A stretch of DNA of 63,933 nucleotides, filler included, from Olpidium bornovanus S191 (Eukaryota; Fungi; Olpidiomycota): NCBI GenBank assembly GCA_017911155.1. It is 29 parts of 29 records of this genome, joined end to end, with 100 filler letters (N's around TTAATTAATTAA, not from the genome) between each part and the next. Parts side by side here need not be neighbours in the genome. Positions count along the whole stretch, not along the records: positions 49,894 to 51,019 come from JAEFCI010009647.1; positions 51,120 to 54,702 come from JAEFCI010009563.1; positions 54,803 to 57,584 come from JAEFCI010003900.1; positions 57,685 to 59,999 come from JAEFCI010008601.1; positions 60,100 to 61,260 come from JAEFCI010007337.1; positions 61,361 to 62,722 come from JAEFCI010007696.1; 23 more parts are not named here. The stretch is one strand, 5' to 3'. Below the pieces are notes generated by a model. That model ran no database searches. It saw only the letters and a program-made list of their open reading frames with translations, and had not been told where the DNA came from. The position numbers and the translations under genes are program-made. Below, piece by piece: positions 49,929 to 61,517 of this stretch (position 1 is its first letter; each line of letters starts with the position of its first letter).

Positions 49929-51019
49929 ATGGCGCCCCGTTCGGCCTCCGCTGTCGCCGCGCGCCTGTCCTCGGCCCTCGCCGCCGCCGCCGCTTCCCGG
50001 ACCACAGGGCGGGCAGCCGCGCTGCTGCACAACCCGCGCGTCGCCCGCTGCGGCCTCGCGCGGGCCCCCGCACCTTCCTCGCCTTCCTCGTTGCACTGGA
50101 CGCCGCTCGCGTCGCTGCGGCGGGGGCTTTTCTCCGCCAGCGGCGCCGCGGGGCCCGGCGACGGCGAGACTGCCGAGGAAGCGGCGCTTGACGGACGGCA
50201 GCAGCAGCAGCAGCAGCAGCAGCCGAAGGATGCGAGCCAGGGCGACGCGGCTTCTGCGCAGGCGGCAGAGGCACAGGCCGCAGACCTCGCGGCGCAGGCG
50301 GAAGCGAAAATTGCCGAGCTCCAGGTATGCGGGCGCCCATTTCTAGAACGCTGTTTGCGAGGGGGGGGGGGGGGGTGGGTGGGAAGGGTCGGCCGGGTTT
50401 GCGCGGCGTCGTTGCGGCGTTACATGGTCACCAGGCAGGCTGCTCCTTTCTCCTGAAGCGTCCGGCGGTTGTCTGAAATCGAACCCGTCGGGGCGATGCC
50501 CGCTCAGGTGCTCCCTCCGCCGGAAACCAGCGTCATTCGGCTAATGTTTTGATGTGGCCATTTGGGCGTTGACCCCCTTCGAGAAAGCTAATTCAGGATA
50601 CTTTTGTCCGCTGACATTTTGCCAACCCCCCCCCCCTTAACCCCGCCCTCCCCGCTGCCTTCCAGGATCAGTACATCCGTTGCCTTGCGGATATGGAGAA
50701 CTTGCGCGCGCGGACGCGGACGGAGGTGGAGCAGGCGAAACAGTTCGCTATACAAAAGTTTGCCAACGACCTTTTGAACACGACGGACGTGATCGGTATG
50801 GCGCTGTGCTCTATCCCAAAGTCGTCGCTCGAGCCGCTCGCAAACATCAGCGGAGCTGCCGCCGAGCAGGCTTTGCATGAAAGCCGCGGGGACTTGCGCT
50901 CGCTGCACGAGGGCGTTTCACTCATGGAGGCGGAGCTCCTCAAAGCCCTTCGACGCAACGGCGTCGAGAAGTTCGACGCCGTCGACCAGCCCTTTGACCC
51001 GAACCGCCATCAGGCCATG
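49929..51019 (+). CDS. MGE1: Mitochondrial GrpE nucleotide-exchange factor (exons 49929-50324, 50666-51019, 3' partial)
   Basis: Arg/Ala-rich presequence; DQYIRCLADMENLRARTRTEVEQAKQFAIQKFANDLL...FDPNRHQAM. Confidence 0.95.
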
Positions 51020-51199
51020 NNNNNNNNNNNNNNNNNNNNNNNNNNNNNNNNNNNNNNNNNNNNTTAATTAATTAANNNNNNNNNNNNNNNNNNNNNNNNN
51101 NNNNNNNNNNNNNNNNNNNCATGGTTTACCAGGGATGCTTTGCCGCACCGCCTATCCTTTTGGAACTGCTCCTTTTAACTTTCCCTGCGCTCGCGGCAG

Positions 51200-51339
51200 A
51201 CGGAATTGAGTTCTTTCGGTCTGCCAACAACGTTGTCCTCTCCCCCGGGCGCGAGGGGATCATCGGTCAAGAATATTTTCTCCGGGTCGAAGATGCTGCG
51301 GGTCGGCCTTTTCGGCAGTGGAGAACGGTCGGCGCGTAG
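51200..51339 (+). CDS. TPT1: tRNA 2'-phosphotransferase, terminal exon
   Basis: DGIEFFRSANNVVLSPGREGIIGQEYFLRV matches the KptA/Tpt1 C-terminal motif. Confidence 0.75.
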
Positions 51340-52217
51340 AACCTCATCTGCTGCTCCGGCGGTTGCTTCCCTAGTTACCTTTCTCTCCTGGTCAGGCGGC
51401 GATCATTTCTGGAGATCTCGCGGCCAACATCTGTCCCCGAATCCTCCCGCAGACGACGTTTGTTTCCATCTTTAATGCGACCGCCAGTTCAAAAGTAACT
51501 GTTTGCCGATTGTCTTTACGACCGCGTATTGTTTGACCTGGCCGTGAGGCAGGGAAACGGATTTGGCGAAGCTTTCGGCAGAGCCCCCGCACGGATACCG
51601 AGAGGTCTCCTTCGCCGACAGGAAAATCTTGTCGTTCCTTGGCCGTGGCGGCGTTCCCGCCCTTGGGGCTGCCGAAACCCAAAAAAAAAAAAAAAAAAAA
51701 ATAAAACTCACACGCAGGTTATTTCGCCCCGTTAAGAGAGGCTAAATGATTCGAGAAAATGGTTCTAAGCGTTTCGAAAAGAAAAAGACGTTTCCCTACT
51801 GGAACGTTAAAAGGACGTGATGATCGGAGCGGAGAAAAATAAATAAATGGAGTGCGCGCCGTTTTGCGTAGTGCTGTGTGCTTGGGTCGGGGGAGGTGTG
51901 AAGGTGGGTGAGCGGAGAGGCGTTTCAGAATGAGGCGTTGAGAAAGTTGTTGGTCGGAGCGGGTACGTTTTTCATAACGGGGATGCAGAAGGACATGGAG
52001 TGTTCGGCATACGGGGTTCGAAATTAAGATTGAGGTTAAAAAAAGCATGTAAAGGGATGTATCTTTGCGATGGAGACGTATTATTTACCCCGGGGGAGGG
52101 GAAAAAAGGGGCAGTTTATGCATGCGTTTCGGAGGCGGAAGCGCTGCTCACGCTCGCGGCGGGGAGAGAGGAGTCCGCGGCAGGGGGCGCAGTCGGCGGC
52201 TGCCACGTCGCCGAGCC

Positions 52218-52325
52218 GTCGGCGGGGGCCGCGGTGGGGGACGCGTCGGCGGGGGCCTCGGTGGCGGACGCGTCGGCGGGGGCCGCGGTGGCGGACGCGT
52301 CGGCGGGGGCCCCGGTGGCGGAGGC
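52218..52325. repeat. 27-bp tandem repeat x4 (gtcggcgggggccgcggtggcggacgc)
   Basis: Units at 52218, 52245, 52272, 52299. Confidence 0.9.
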
Positions 52326-52743
52326 GCCGGCCCCGGCGGCTTTGGAAGAACCGGCGGTTTCCCGAATTCGCGCCAGACGCCGAGCCTTCCGGAATCTGGC
52401 CGGCGCCGCCGTGCGGCGGGCTCTACCAGGGCGCCGTTCCGGCCTCGATTTCGCCTTCAGCCCCGCTCCGGGCGTCGTCCCACGCGCCGCCGCCCTCGCG
52501 CCCAGACGTCGTCGCGCGGTAGGCGGAGTCCCACCACCCGCCGTCGGTCGTCGTCGTTGTCGTCGTCGTTGTCGTCGTCGTCGCCGCCGCCGTCAGGTCG
52601 CGGCTCTCGGTGACGGTGGTGGTGCACGTCTCCTAACCCGTTCGGCCGGGATAAAGGAAAAGAAAAAGAAAAACGTCGGCAAAAAACACCCCGACAAAAG
52701 CAGTCAGCGGGGGGCCGGACGGGTTAACTCGCCCGCCGCCCCC

Positions 52744-52781
<38 letters not shown>

Positions 52782-52994
52782 CCCCCCCCCCTCCCTCCTC
52801 TCCACCCCAGATGATAGCGTTCGGTCCTCGTGGCGGCGTTGTTGGCCCCTTCCGTTAGACTCCGCGGTGCACTTCCCTCACGCCGAACCGCTTTCCCGCC
52901 GAGCAGGGCGCGTTTCTGACTTGCTCCCGCCTTCCCCGTCTTTATCCACCACCACCACCACCACCCTCCCCCGGGTGCACCGCGTGCCCACCAG

Positions 52995-54092
52995 CCGCCC
53001 GTGGCCCTCGCAACCCGCGCGGCGAAGATGGGCCCCAGGGCCACCAGCGTGACAAGACCGACCACCGCTATGGAGCCCGCGGCGGCTACCAGGGCGGCCG
53101 GGGTCGCCAGTTTGACCGGCACTCTGGCGGCCACCGCGAGAGCGAGAGGAAAGCGAGCCAGGGTTGGGGGGACCCCACCGAGAACCCGGACGACGTCGCC
53201 AACCAGTCTGGCGCGGCCGCCGCCGTCTCCGGCGCCGAGTCTGACCCCCGGGCCGCCCTGGCCGACCCGGCCGATAAGGCTGCGGCCAACACCCCGTGTG
53301 TACCTTTCCTCTCGCGCCCCGTGTTCCCGAACGCACGAATGCGATTTGCTCCTTGCTAATTTCTCCGCATTTTCGGACTGCTCTGTTTGCTCCGCGTGGT
53401 CCACATTCAGCGCCGAGGATCCCGAGGCTGCTGCCCGGGCCGCCGAACTGCGCCGCCTGCGGGAAGAGGAGGAGAAGCAGAAAACGCTTGACGAGTATCT
53501 GGCCGAGAAGGCGACCTGCTCTGTCGCCCTGCCTGAAGCCAGGAAGGCCAACGAGGGCGCCGACGTGACCCAGTGGAAGGACGCCGTTCTCCTCAAGAAC
53601 GACGACGAGCAGGTCCTGTTTGCCGGAAAAGTAAGCAATCTGGGAATTGGCAGCTGACAAAATGGAGAATAAGCGTTTTTCGGAAGTCCCGTGAAATCCT
53701 TTTTTCCGCCAAATCCTTCAGCTCTGTTGCCGGCATAGAGCGTTTTGTTGAAGGGAAAGCACGTCGTGCTGGGGTGCTCACTAGGACCTCGCTTCTCTTG
53801 TCGTACGCTACTTCTGTCGCGTGCCTCCCTTGTCCCGACCACCCAGGAGAGCACCGGCAAGAGCAGGAACCGCAAGGAACGCAACAAAGCCGTTGTCGAC
53901 ATCAAACAGCAGTTCGCTCCTCGGCCGCGTCCCGAACGCACCACGGACAATTTTGGGCGTCGCGACCGCGGGCAGTTCCGGCCCAACGAGGGCGCCGGCC
54001 GTGGGCGGGGTGGCGACCAGCGCCCTTCCCGGCCCACCGGCGACCGCAACCTTAACGTCGGCGATGAGTGTGCGTTCCCCACCCTTAGATAG
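52995..54092 (+). CDS. STM1: Stm1/SERBP1-like (HABP4_PAI-RBP1) ribosome-binding protein, multi-exon; first exon not located
   Basis: GRQFDRHSG...ERKASQGWG; EEEKQKTLDEYL; ARKANEG; C-terminal NVGDECAFPTL. Confidence 0.85.
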
Positions 54093-55132
54093 AAGGGCTT
54101 TCACATTTCGAGGGCGGCATCGCGCACCCTTCCCATTTGACTTGTCTCTCGACAGCGGAAAAGGACCAAAATAATACAACAGAAGTGTAGTCGGTGTCCT
54201 TTATTATACTTAACTGCTTGATCAAAGGCACTGAGATTTTGGGAGGTTTCTGAACCCTCTCTATCTCCGGCCGTAAGCTTGAGCAAAAGGATAGCGACTG
54301 TCGCAATAGAAATAACCAACACGCATCCCGTAACGTCGGTCTCTTATTTTCGTGTCGGCGGTCGCTCTTATCGATTGGAGAACAGTTTGCGCTGATTGTC
54401 GGGCCGGTTTTTGGTTGTTTGTGACTCTCATTTGAGAAACCCATCCAACCGCACTGCGCGCAATGTATTTGGTTTCCGAGCGCACGACCCAGGTTACATT
54501 TCTGCGACAGTCAACCCCTGTCCCGTTGCGACGGGCGAGCGGTTACACCACATGTGCTGCCGTTCAGGGGGGCGGGGAGGAGGGGGGGGCAGCGCCACGG
54601 TCTGGGGGCCCCGATCTCGCGTTTCTCGGAATCCCGCCGCGGAAGTCGAAGCAAGCCGAAGCGGTTGTTATCCCGGGCCCGGAAACCTTGTTTTCTACGG
54701 AANNNNNNNNNNNNNNNNNNNNNNNNNNNNNNNNNNNNNNNNNNNNTTAATTAATTAANNNNNNNNNNNNNNNNNNNNNNNNNNNNNNNNNNNNNNNNNN
54801 NNACATGTTCGAAACTCGCAAGAGCGTTGCGCGACCTTCCCTCCGGGACAAAACCGACCTCAGATCGCCCGACACTTTTTGAGGCGATCCGCTCGAAACC
54901 TCACGAACGTTGAAGAGGAAAGGTCGACGCGAAACGATCGACAGAAGACCGGCGAGAGAAGCCGCGAAAACACGGGAGCAGCACCGCAGTTTCGAAAGAA
55001 CCACGACCTGCGAATCATCACGTACATAAACCCAGAATCCAAAACACGCGCACAGGCGCAAAAAGTACCGAAAACATCTCGCAAACGTGCGAAAACACAC
55101 GTTTTGTGGAGATTTGGACCCGAAACAGCTAG

Positions 55133-55314
55133 TTTCGAGAGATTTTGAATTCAAAAATAGCCGGTCTTAAAATTTGGCGACTAAAAGGAGGATTTCGAGA
55201 TATTTTGAATTCAAAATAGCCGGTCTTAAAATTTGGCGACTAAAAAGGAGGATTTCGAGAGATTTTGAATTTAAAAAAATAGCCAATCTTAAAATTTGGC
55301 GACTAAAAAAGGAG
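55133..55314. repeat. AT-rich 60-bp tandem repeat x3
   Basis: tttcgagagattttgaattcaaaaatagccggtcttaaaatttggcgactaaaaggagga at 55133, 55193, 55253. Confidence 0.95.
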
Positions 55315-55880
55315 GGTAACGAAGGCAGCGCTCCGCCCGACATCCAGGCGTTTTCGTCACTCCTTTTGAACCTCGTCGTGGTTTTGGTTAGTATAGTGAT
55401 ATAGCATTCCACTTCTTATGGTTACATATCAGTTAAAATCTGATACCTTTCGCGATGTGGACGAAAGTTGGCGGCACCTGGACGGCTGGGGCTGGACGAC
55501 TGGGCGGCGTTGGCGCTGAGGAGGCCACTCGTCGGGAGAAGGCATTGCCCGATTGGGGCGCGCGGATATTACGGTTGATGAAGCAGATGTGTGGTGCTGT
55601 TCTTTATGATTCGTGACTCGGTGTACTATGCCAAATATACGCTAACCGGCATAGTACACGCGCCGATCGTTCCTTTTCTCGTCCTGGCTGCCGCTGTCGC
55701 AACTCTCCAGCTGCGGTACCTCCTCGCCGGCCTCCAGGTGCCTCCCGACGTCCAGGCGTTTTCGCCATGTGGCAAAAGTTGGCGGCACCTGGACTGCTGG
55801 GACTGGAGGACTGGGCGGCGGGGGCACTTACCGTCGCCTGCGCCAGGGAGTTACCGCATTAGTTCAAGGCCCGGCACCTT

Positions 55881-56045
55881 AAGCTCCGTCTGCCGTTTTC
55901 GGAGCAACGGCGGATTTTTAATGTTCTGCTAAATATTAAGCTCCGTCTGCCGTTTTCCGCGCAACGGCGGTTTTTTTTTTTTTTTTTTTGGTAAATCGGG
56001 GGAACCGAAGCTCCTGGCGTTTTCGGAGCGACGGCCGGTTTTTGA
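55881..56045 (+). repeat. Three copies of a ~40-bp GC hairpin followed by a T-run
   Basis: aagctccgtctgccgttttcggagcaacggcggattttt at 55881, near-copy at 55938, degenerate copy at 56008. Confidence 0.85.
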
Positions 56046-56965
56046 TTTTTACAGCCCTCCTTCTTACGGAATGTCCTTGGCGGGACCCCTGTCGCGTTCC
56101 ATAGCAGAGGGTATTTTATACCGGAATAATCAATTAATCTAAAAATCAGAGAAGCGGTGGGTTAGAACTTTCTTTCCATCGCCTTCTTCCCGCCACGCTG
56201 CGAGCCCGCGCTTTGTGTATTTCCCGTTCTCTCTCCTCGCCTCCAAACCTCCGCTCCAAATCTCAATGCGAAGCCTGTCGTCAACGTTAACGCTGGTTCT
56301 CCTAACGTGTCTGAGAATTCAGACCTTCGATATTGTTGTGAATCGTATGTTGCGCTTACGCGTCACGTGATCATCGAAGTGCTACTCCTGGGAGGAGGAG
56401 CCGGCACAGTCCGGCTCCGCCCTCCCACGGCAGAACAGCAGACAAAGGAAGCAAAGGAGCGAATCCGCGACAGATATGATCCAGGTCTCCGAAGCGATTG
56501 TTATGCCAAAATTTTAAATTATATGTACCAGTAAACATTCCCCCCACCTTCTAATTATGTGAATTGCGGGGTCGTTTCGCAATCGCGCCGTGCCTTGCGT
56601 GCTTTTTTTTTTCCTGCTTTGCGATTGAATTGTAACGCGCGTGTGAAGTATGTACAGACGTCTTTGCGTGCCCCGATAATTCGCGGCGTCGGTTGACGGG
56701 AAAAGAAAAAGGTGGGAAAAAAAATCGAGGGAAACAAGCAGAAAAAAAAAAGAAAAAAGAAAAAAGAAAGAAAAGCAAAAAAGCAAAGGACAAAATCAGT
56801 GCAAAGCAGGAAGAGAGAGAAGGGGGAGAGGGGGGAGAGAGAGAGAGAGAGAAGAAACAAAGAGAAAAAAGAGCGATCTTTTGCAAACGTGCGCTACTTC
56901 CGCTTGCAATGTGGTTCTTTGGCAACCAACACCCTGCTCTCTTCCCCTCAAACCCCGCCCCCGCC

Positions 56966-57584
56966 TCAGCCACCCCATTTTGAAAAATCCGCTACGCGTT
57001 CCCACTCTAGAACTCGGTGCGTCGCCGGCCTGGACGCTCCGCCGGCGGCGTCCGGCAACAGACTCGATTGGCCGTCGACACCGACCGCGGCGGAGAACCT
57101 CGCGGTCGCAATGTGCGACGCAGCGGCGGAGGGCGACCCTGACGATACGGGCCCGGCAGGCGCGACCTTAGCGCTGGAAGATGTCGACGACGGTGAGGCC
57201 GGGTCAGGACCGGAGCCGGCGAGGGAAGAAAGCAACGGGGATACGACCGACGCCGCCGAAGAGGCGGGCGGCGTCAGCGCTGGCGCCGCTCCGATACCAG
57301 TCGCGGCTGACGGAAGCGCTATGCCGCCTCCGCCGCCGCTGGCCGCTTGACCGTGGTTCCCGGCAGCGGCGATGTTCCGGCTCTTCACCCGCTTGATCTG
57401 CCTCAGTCTCTCTTTCCAATTGCTGACGTACTCGACCTTGCCCGCCGCGGTCGAAGAACCACCCCCGCTCTGCAGGAACACTTGGGCGAAAATGTTGGCG
57501 TGCAGCGCGACCTGCCGGACGAAAGGTCCGACGGCCGAAGCGGAGAGGATCTTCGGGTTGCTCGCCGGGCCAATCTCCGGCATG
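56966..57584 (-). CDS. TSC2: Tuberin, C-terminus of the Rap-GAP domain and tail
   Basis: PKILSASAVGPFVRQVALHANIFAQV...YVSNWKERLRQIKRV matches tuberin KIVS...RQMALHAN...W..RLR.IKR. Confidence 0.85.
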
Positions 57585-57684
57585 NNNNNNNNNNNNNNNN
57601 NNNNNNNNNNNNNNNNNNNNNNNNNNNNTTAATTAATTAANNNNNNNNNNNNNNNNNNNNNNNNNNNNNNNNNNNNNNNNNNNN

Positions 57685-58978
57685 CCATGCTCTCAGCTAA
57701 ATCGTCCTCCTCCGTTACGGCGACTTCTGCGCCTTGCGAAATCCCCTGCGGTGTGTCCACATCCATCTGCGCCGTCCCCACCGCATCTGCTGACACGGCC
57801 GATGGCCGTGGAGACGTGGTTGCTGGCTTGGAAACTTCGGGCTGCAGCGGTTGTTGCTGTGGTGTCCGCGACACCAGTGTTTCGCCCACTGGCTTCTGCG
57901 TAGTCCGCGGCCATGCTGCCGCGATTCCACGCTTAAGCCTGGCAAAGACGTGAGGAATCGTCTTTGGGTAGGTGTCAGATGCCAGGCCAATCCGGAGGTA
58001 ACGAGATCCAGGGTGGATGACAATGATATCGTCACCCTCCTTTTCCGGCTACAACAAATTTCCAGAAAGCGTGAAAAATTGGAACAGACCAGAAAAGAGG
58101 TATGCGGCGTGGGAACGCGTTCCGCGCTTCAAACCAAAGCCCTCGCATTTTACCTTAGGCACAGCCGCCAGGCGCGTGGCAGGACTCACGAGGTGCGACC
58201 GGTCATCGCGCCGGAATGTCCCAGACACATTCTTGATGTGTATGGTTGGGAAAACGGGGAACGACGTGAAACGAAAGCGCTGGACATGTTGGGCAGTCTC
58301 CTCTTCAGCGTTCGACGCGGCGCAGGCGGACGCGTTCACCTGCTCGATGAGCCTCCCCTGCAGCAACTCAAGCTCCTTTTTTTGCAATCGCTTCGTGGAA
58401 ACCGGCACCTTTTGCGCAGGCGCTGAGGAGGCGCTCGCGGCTCTCGAAGCCTTCAAGGACTTCTTGACGGGTTTCCTCTTTTTTTTCTCCCGGCCGTCCT
58501 TTTTCACTGCACTGCTAGGGCGCTCCTCTTTTCGCCGTTTCGTCTTGGACGACGCCTTTGAAGACGATCCGCGACCCTTGCGAACGCCCGCGGGCGTGCC
58601 GGGCGCTCGCGCCTGTATCCCCAAGCTATCCAAAAGCGGCACATCGTCGTCGTCGTCGTCGCCGCCGTCCTCGTCTTCCTCGGGGTTGGTCTTCCCAGCG
58701 ACCTCTTCGTTCACTCCGGCATCGGCACGTGCGGAGGTGGAGCGCCCTCCCGCAGGCGTGACAGCCGGAACAGGGTCGGCAACCTCCACGTCCTTGCCGT
58801 CGTCGTCGTCGCCATTGCCGTCGGCGTCGTCCTCTTCGTCGACCTCTTCGTCTTCTTCGCCCTCTTCCTCCTCCTCCAGCTGTTCCTCCTCCCCCCCCTC
58901 GCCTTCCTCGGCCGGCTGCCGTCGGGTTCCCAGCCCTTCTTCCCGCAGCAGCCTTTCTGGCTTGTGTTCCTGCGTCAT
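57685..58978 (-). CDS. ARP8: Actin-related protein 8 (INO80), N-terminal exons, 3' partial
   Basis: FTSFPVFPTIHIKN...RRDD and DIIVIHPGSRYLRIGLASDTYPKTIPHVFAR. Confidence 0.9.
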
Positions 58979-59128
58979 CGCGCGGTCGCGTTGGGAGCCT
59001 GGTGCTGGCTGCTCCGTCTCCGGGCGGCAGTGGCGGCGGAAGTTTCCGTTCACGCAAACCCCAAACCGTCTGCGCGACGACGGGGACGCAACAGCGCGGC
59101 TCGGGCAGGCCCGCGCGGCGCGGGAGCA

Positions 59129-59886
59129 ATGCACGGAGTGCCCGCCGCCGCAGCCGCAGCCGCAGCCGCTCGAGCACCGCAGCCTGCAAGCGAGCGGATA
59201 CCCTTGGCCGCGGGCGCCGTGCCGGCGCCTCCGAGGACGGGACCCCCGCTGCCGCCACACGAGCTCATCAACGCGCCGAACGTCCGCGGCATAAAATGCA
59301 AGGGATGGACGGTCAGTTCCCGCAAAGACACCATTCTGAACTCGGCTGAAATCGACCGGTGAGGCGCGGTCGCGTCGGGTATGCGTGACGGTTACGGCTG
59401 AGGCCGGGCGGAGGCGGCGGCGGTTGCGCCAACCGACCAGTTTTGCACCCACCCAGGTTGACTGCTGAACTTGGGTTTCCCCCGCCGGAAATGATTTTCG
59501 GCAAAAACTACGTGTGCCTGGAGCACGAGCGCGGCTTCAAACTTATGTTCAACACGGCCGACGCGTTAACGACCGTGGACAACACCCGTCGATCTGGGGA
59601 AGCCATTAAAGTTTCCTACTCCGAGGAGTGGTCGAAGCGAAGGTACTCCGTTTAGCACGCCCTTTCAACACAAATGCAAGCCGAGACCGCTTTTCACATT
59701 GCGCCGTTCCAATACCAGCCTGAACCACCAAGAGGACATCAAGGATATCGTGAAGCCATATGATTGGACGTATTCAGTGGACTACGCCGGTACGCTGGTG
59801 AAGCCCGCGGCGCCGGGCGGCACGTTCGAGCCCACCGACGAAAGCATCGACGTTGAAACACTGAAGCGGCCCGATCCGATCATGGT
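59129..59886 (+). CDS. TIP41: TIP41/TIPRL PP2A regulator, first three exons
   Basis: GWTVSSRKDTILNSAEID/ELGFPPPEMIFGKN...FNTADAL/KPYDWTYSVDY.GT...IDVETLKRPDPI. Confidence 0.93.
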
Positions 59887-60099
59887 CACGTTGAGACGTA
59901 CCTCCTAATTAGCTTCTCTCCACAAAAAGAGTCTGCTGCAGTGTAGATCGTCCGTTGATCTAGCCGCCCGCTCCATTCCACGGCTGTTTTGTCCGCTTCN
60001 NNNNNNNNNNNNNNNNNNNNNNNNNNNNNNNNNNNNNNNNNNNTTAATTAATTAANNNNNNNNNNNNNNNNNNNNNNNNNNNNNNNNNNNNNNNNNNNN

Positions 60100-61156
60100 A
60101 TGCATGAGGCTGGTGTTGAGATTGCTGGTAGGTGGGATCCTTGTACTGATACGGGTCGACCGGGTACGGTTCGGCCTGGTACCGGTACGGGTCGACCTGA
60201 TACGGCTTGATTTGGTACCTGTACTGTTCTGATTGGTATTGATCATCCGGGACCAGGTACGACTCGGTTGGATACGCGGACGGGTCTGACCGGTACTGCC
60301 CTTCGCTGATCGCGTAAGTTTCAGCCTGGGATTGGTACGGGTTTGGCTGGTGCTGGTACTCGGTCGGCGGCCGCGGCTGGTAAAGGAATTCCTGCTGCTC
60401 GAAGACATGCTGCGGTTGCTGCCCGTACACCGCCGTCGGGCCTCCGCGGGCGGGGCGCTGGAGGCCGCCGGCGGCGGGGTAAGCGTAGCTGCCGTGTGCC
60501 GAAGCGGGTGCCTTGCCCGGCGGAAAATGCCGCTGGTCGGCCGAAGACTGGGCCATCTCGCCGCGGATCGCCTCGCTCTTTTCGGCGTAGCCTCCCGCGC
60601 GGCCGGCCCACGGCGGCTGCTGGAGGCCCGGGACGGGCGCCGGCGCCTCGCCGCGCCGGCGGTGGCGCTTCCGGGTGTAGCGCCTTACGCGGCCGTAAGC
60701 GAGCAGGAGCACCACCGCGACGCCGACCGCGATTCCCGCAAAGGCCCAGACGCCGAGCCCCAGGATCTTCTTGCCGCCGGTGTCCTCCTCGGGGGGTGCG
60801 GACGTGTCCGTCGCCGCGGCCGCCGGCGTTCCAGACGCCGTCGCAGCGGTGCGCTGGCCAGTAATCGACGGCCGCGAGGAGGTCCGTTGCGTCGTCGCCA
60901 GCGCAGGCGTCGCCGTCGCAGCGGCGGGCGTTTCAGGCACGCTTGTGGTCGAGGCGGCTGGTCTGACCGCGGTGGAAGAGGCGGGAACGCCAGTTGACTG
61001 CGGAAAGGCGGGATCCGCAGCCGGCTCGGCATTGGTCGGTTCCGCCGCCGAACCAGGAGACGATGCGCCTGCACCCGTGCCGCTCTGGCCCGCGGCGACG
61101 GGAGCGAGCTCAAGGCCCGCCAGAACTGCGAACACGATCCGTCTTTCGCGACTCAT
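60100..61156 (-). CDS. Type I membrane protein: signal peptide, Ser/Thr/Ala-rich ectodomain, single TM, Tyr/Gln/Pro-repeat tail (3' partial)
   Basis: IVFAVLAGLELAPVAAG; STA-rich stretch; ILGLGVWAFAGIAVGVAVVLLLAYG then RVRRYTRKRHRRR. Confidence 0.75.
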
Positions 61157-61220
61157 TGGTCCGTCGATGGCCGCTCCTTGCCACCTTTCCTGCGCTCTGC
61201 GTTTCCGTTCCGCACGCGAG

Positions 61221-61260
<40 letters not shown>

Positions 61261-61517
61261 NNNNNNNNNNNNNNNNNNNNNNNNNNNNNNNNNNNNNNNN
61301 NNNNTTAATTAATTAANNNNNNNNNNNNNNNNNNNNNNNNNNNNNNNNNNNNNNNNNNNNCCGCCCCCTTTTTTTTTTTTGCTTTTTTTTTTTTTTTTTT
61401 TTTTTCTTGGCGGGTCTCAACCGAAACAGCCCCTTACCCGACACAACAACAAACAACAGCCGTCCCGCCGACCAAGCAGCACCAGCACCAGCACCAGCAC
61501 CGGCAGCCCGCCTCTCG

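Noticed and set aside
55381-55420. TTAGTATAGTG resembling a tRNA-His/Asp A box
   Set aside because: No anticodon arm, T arm or acceptor stem follows
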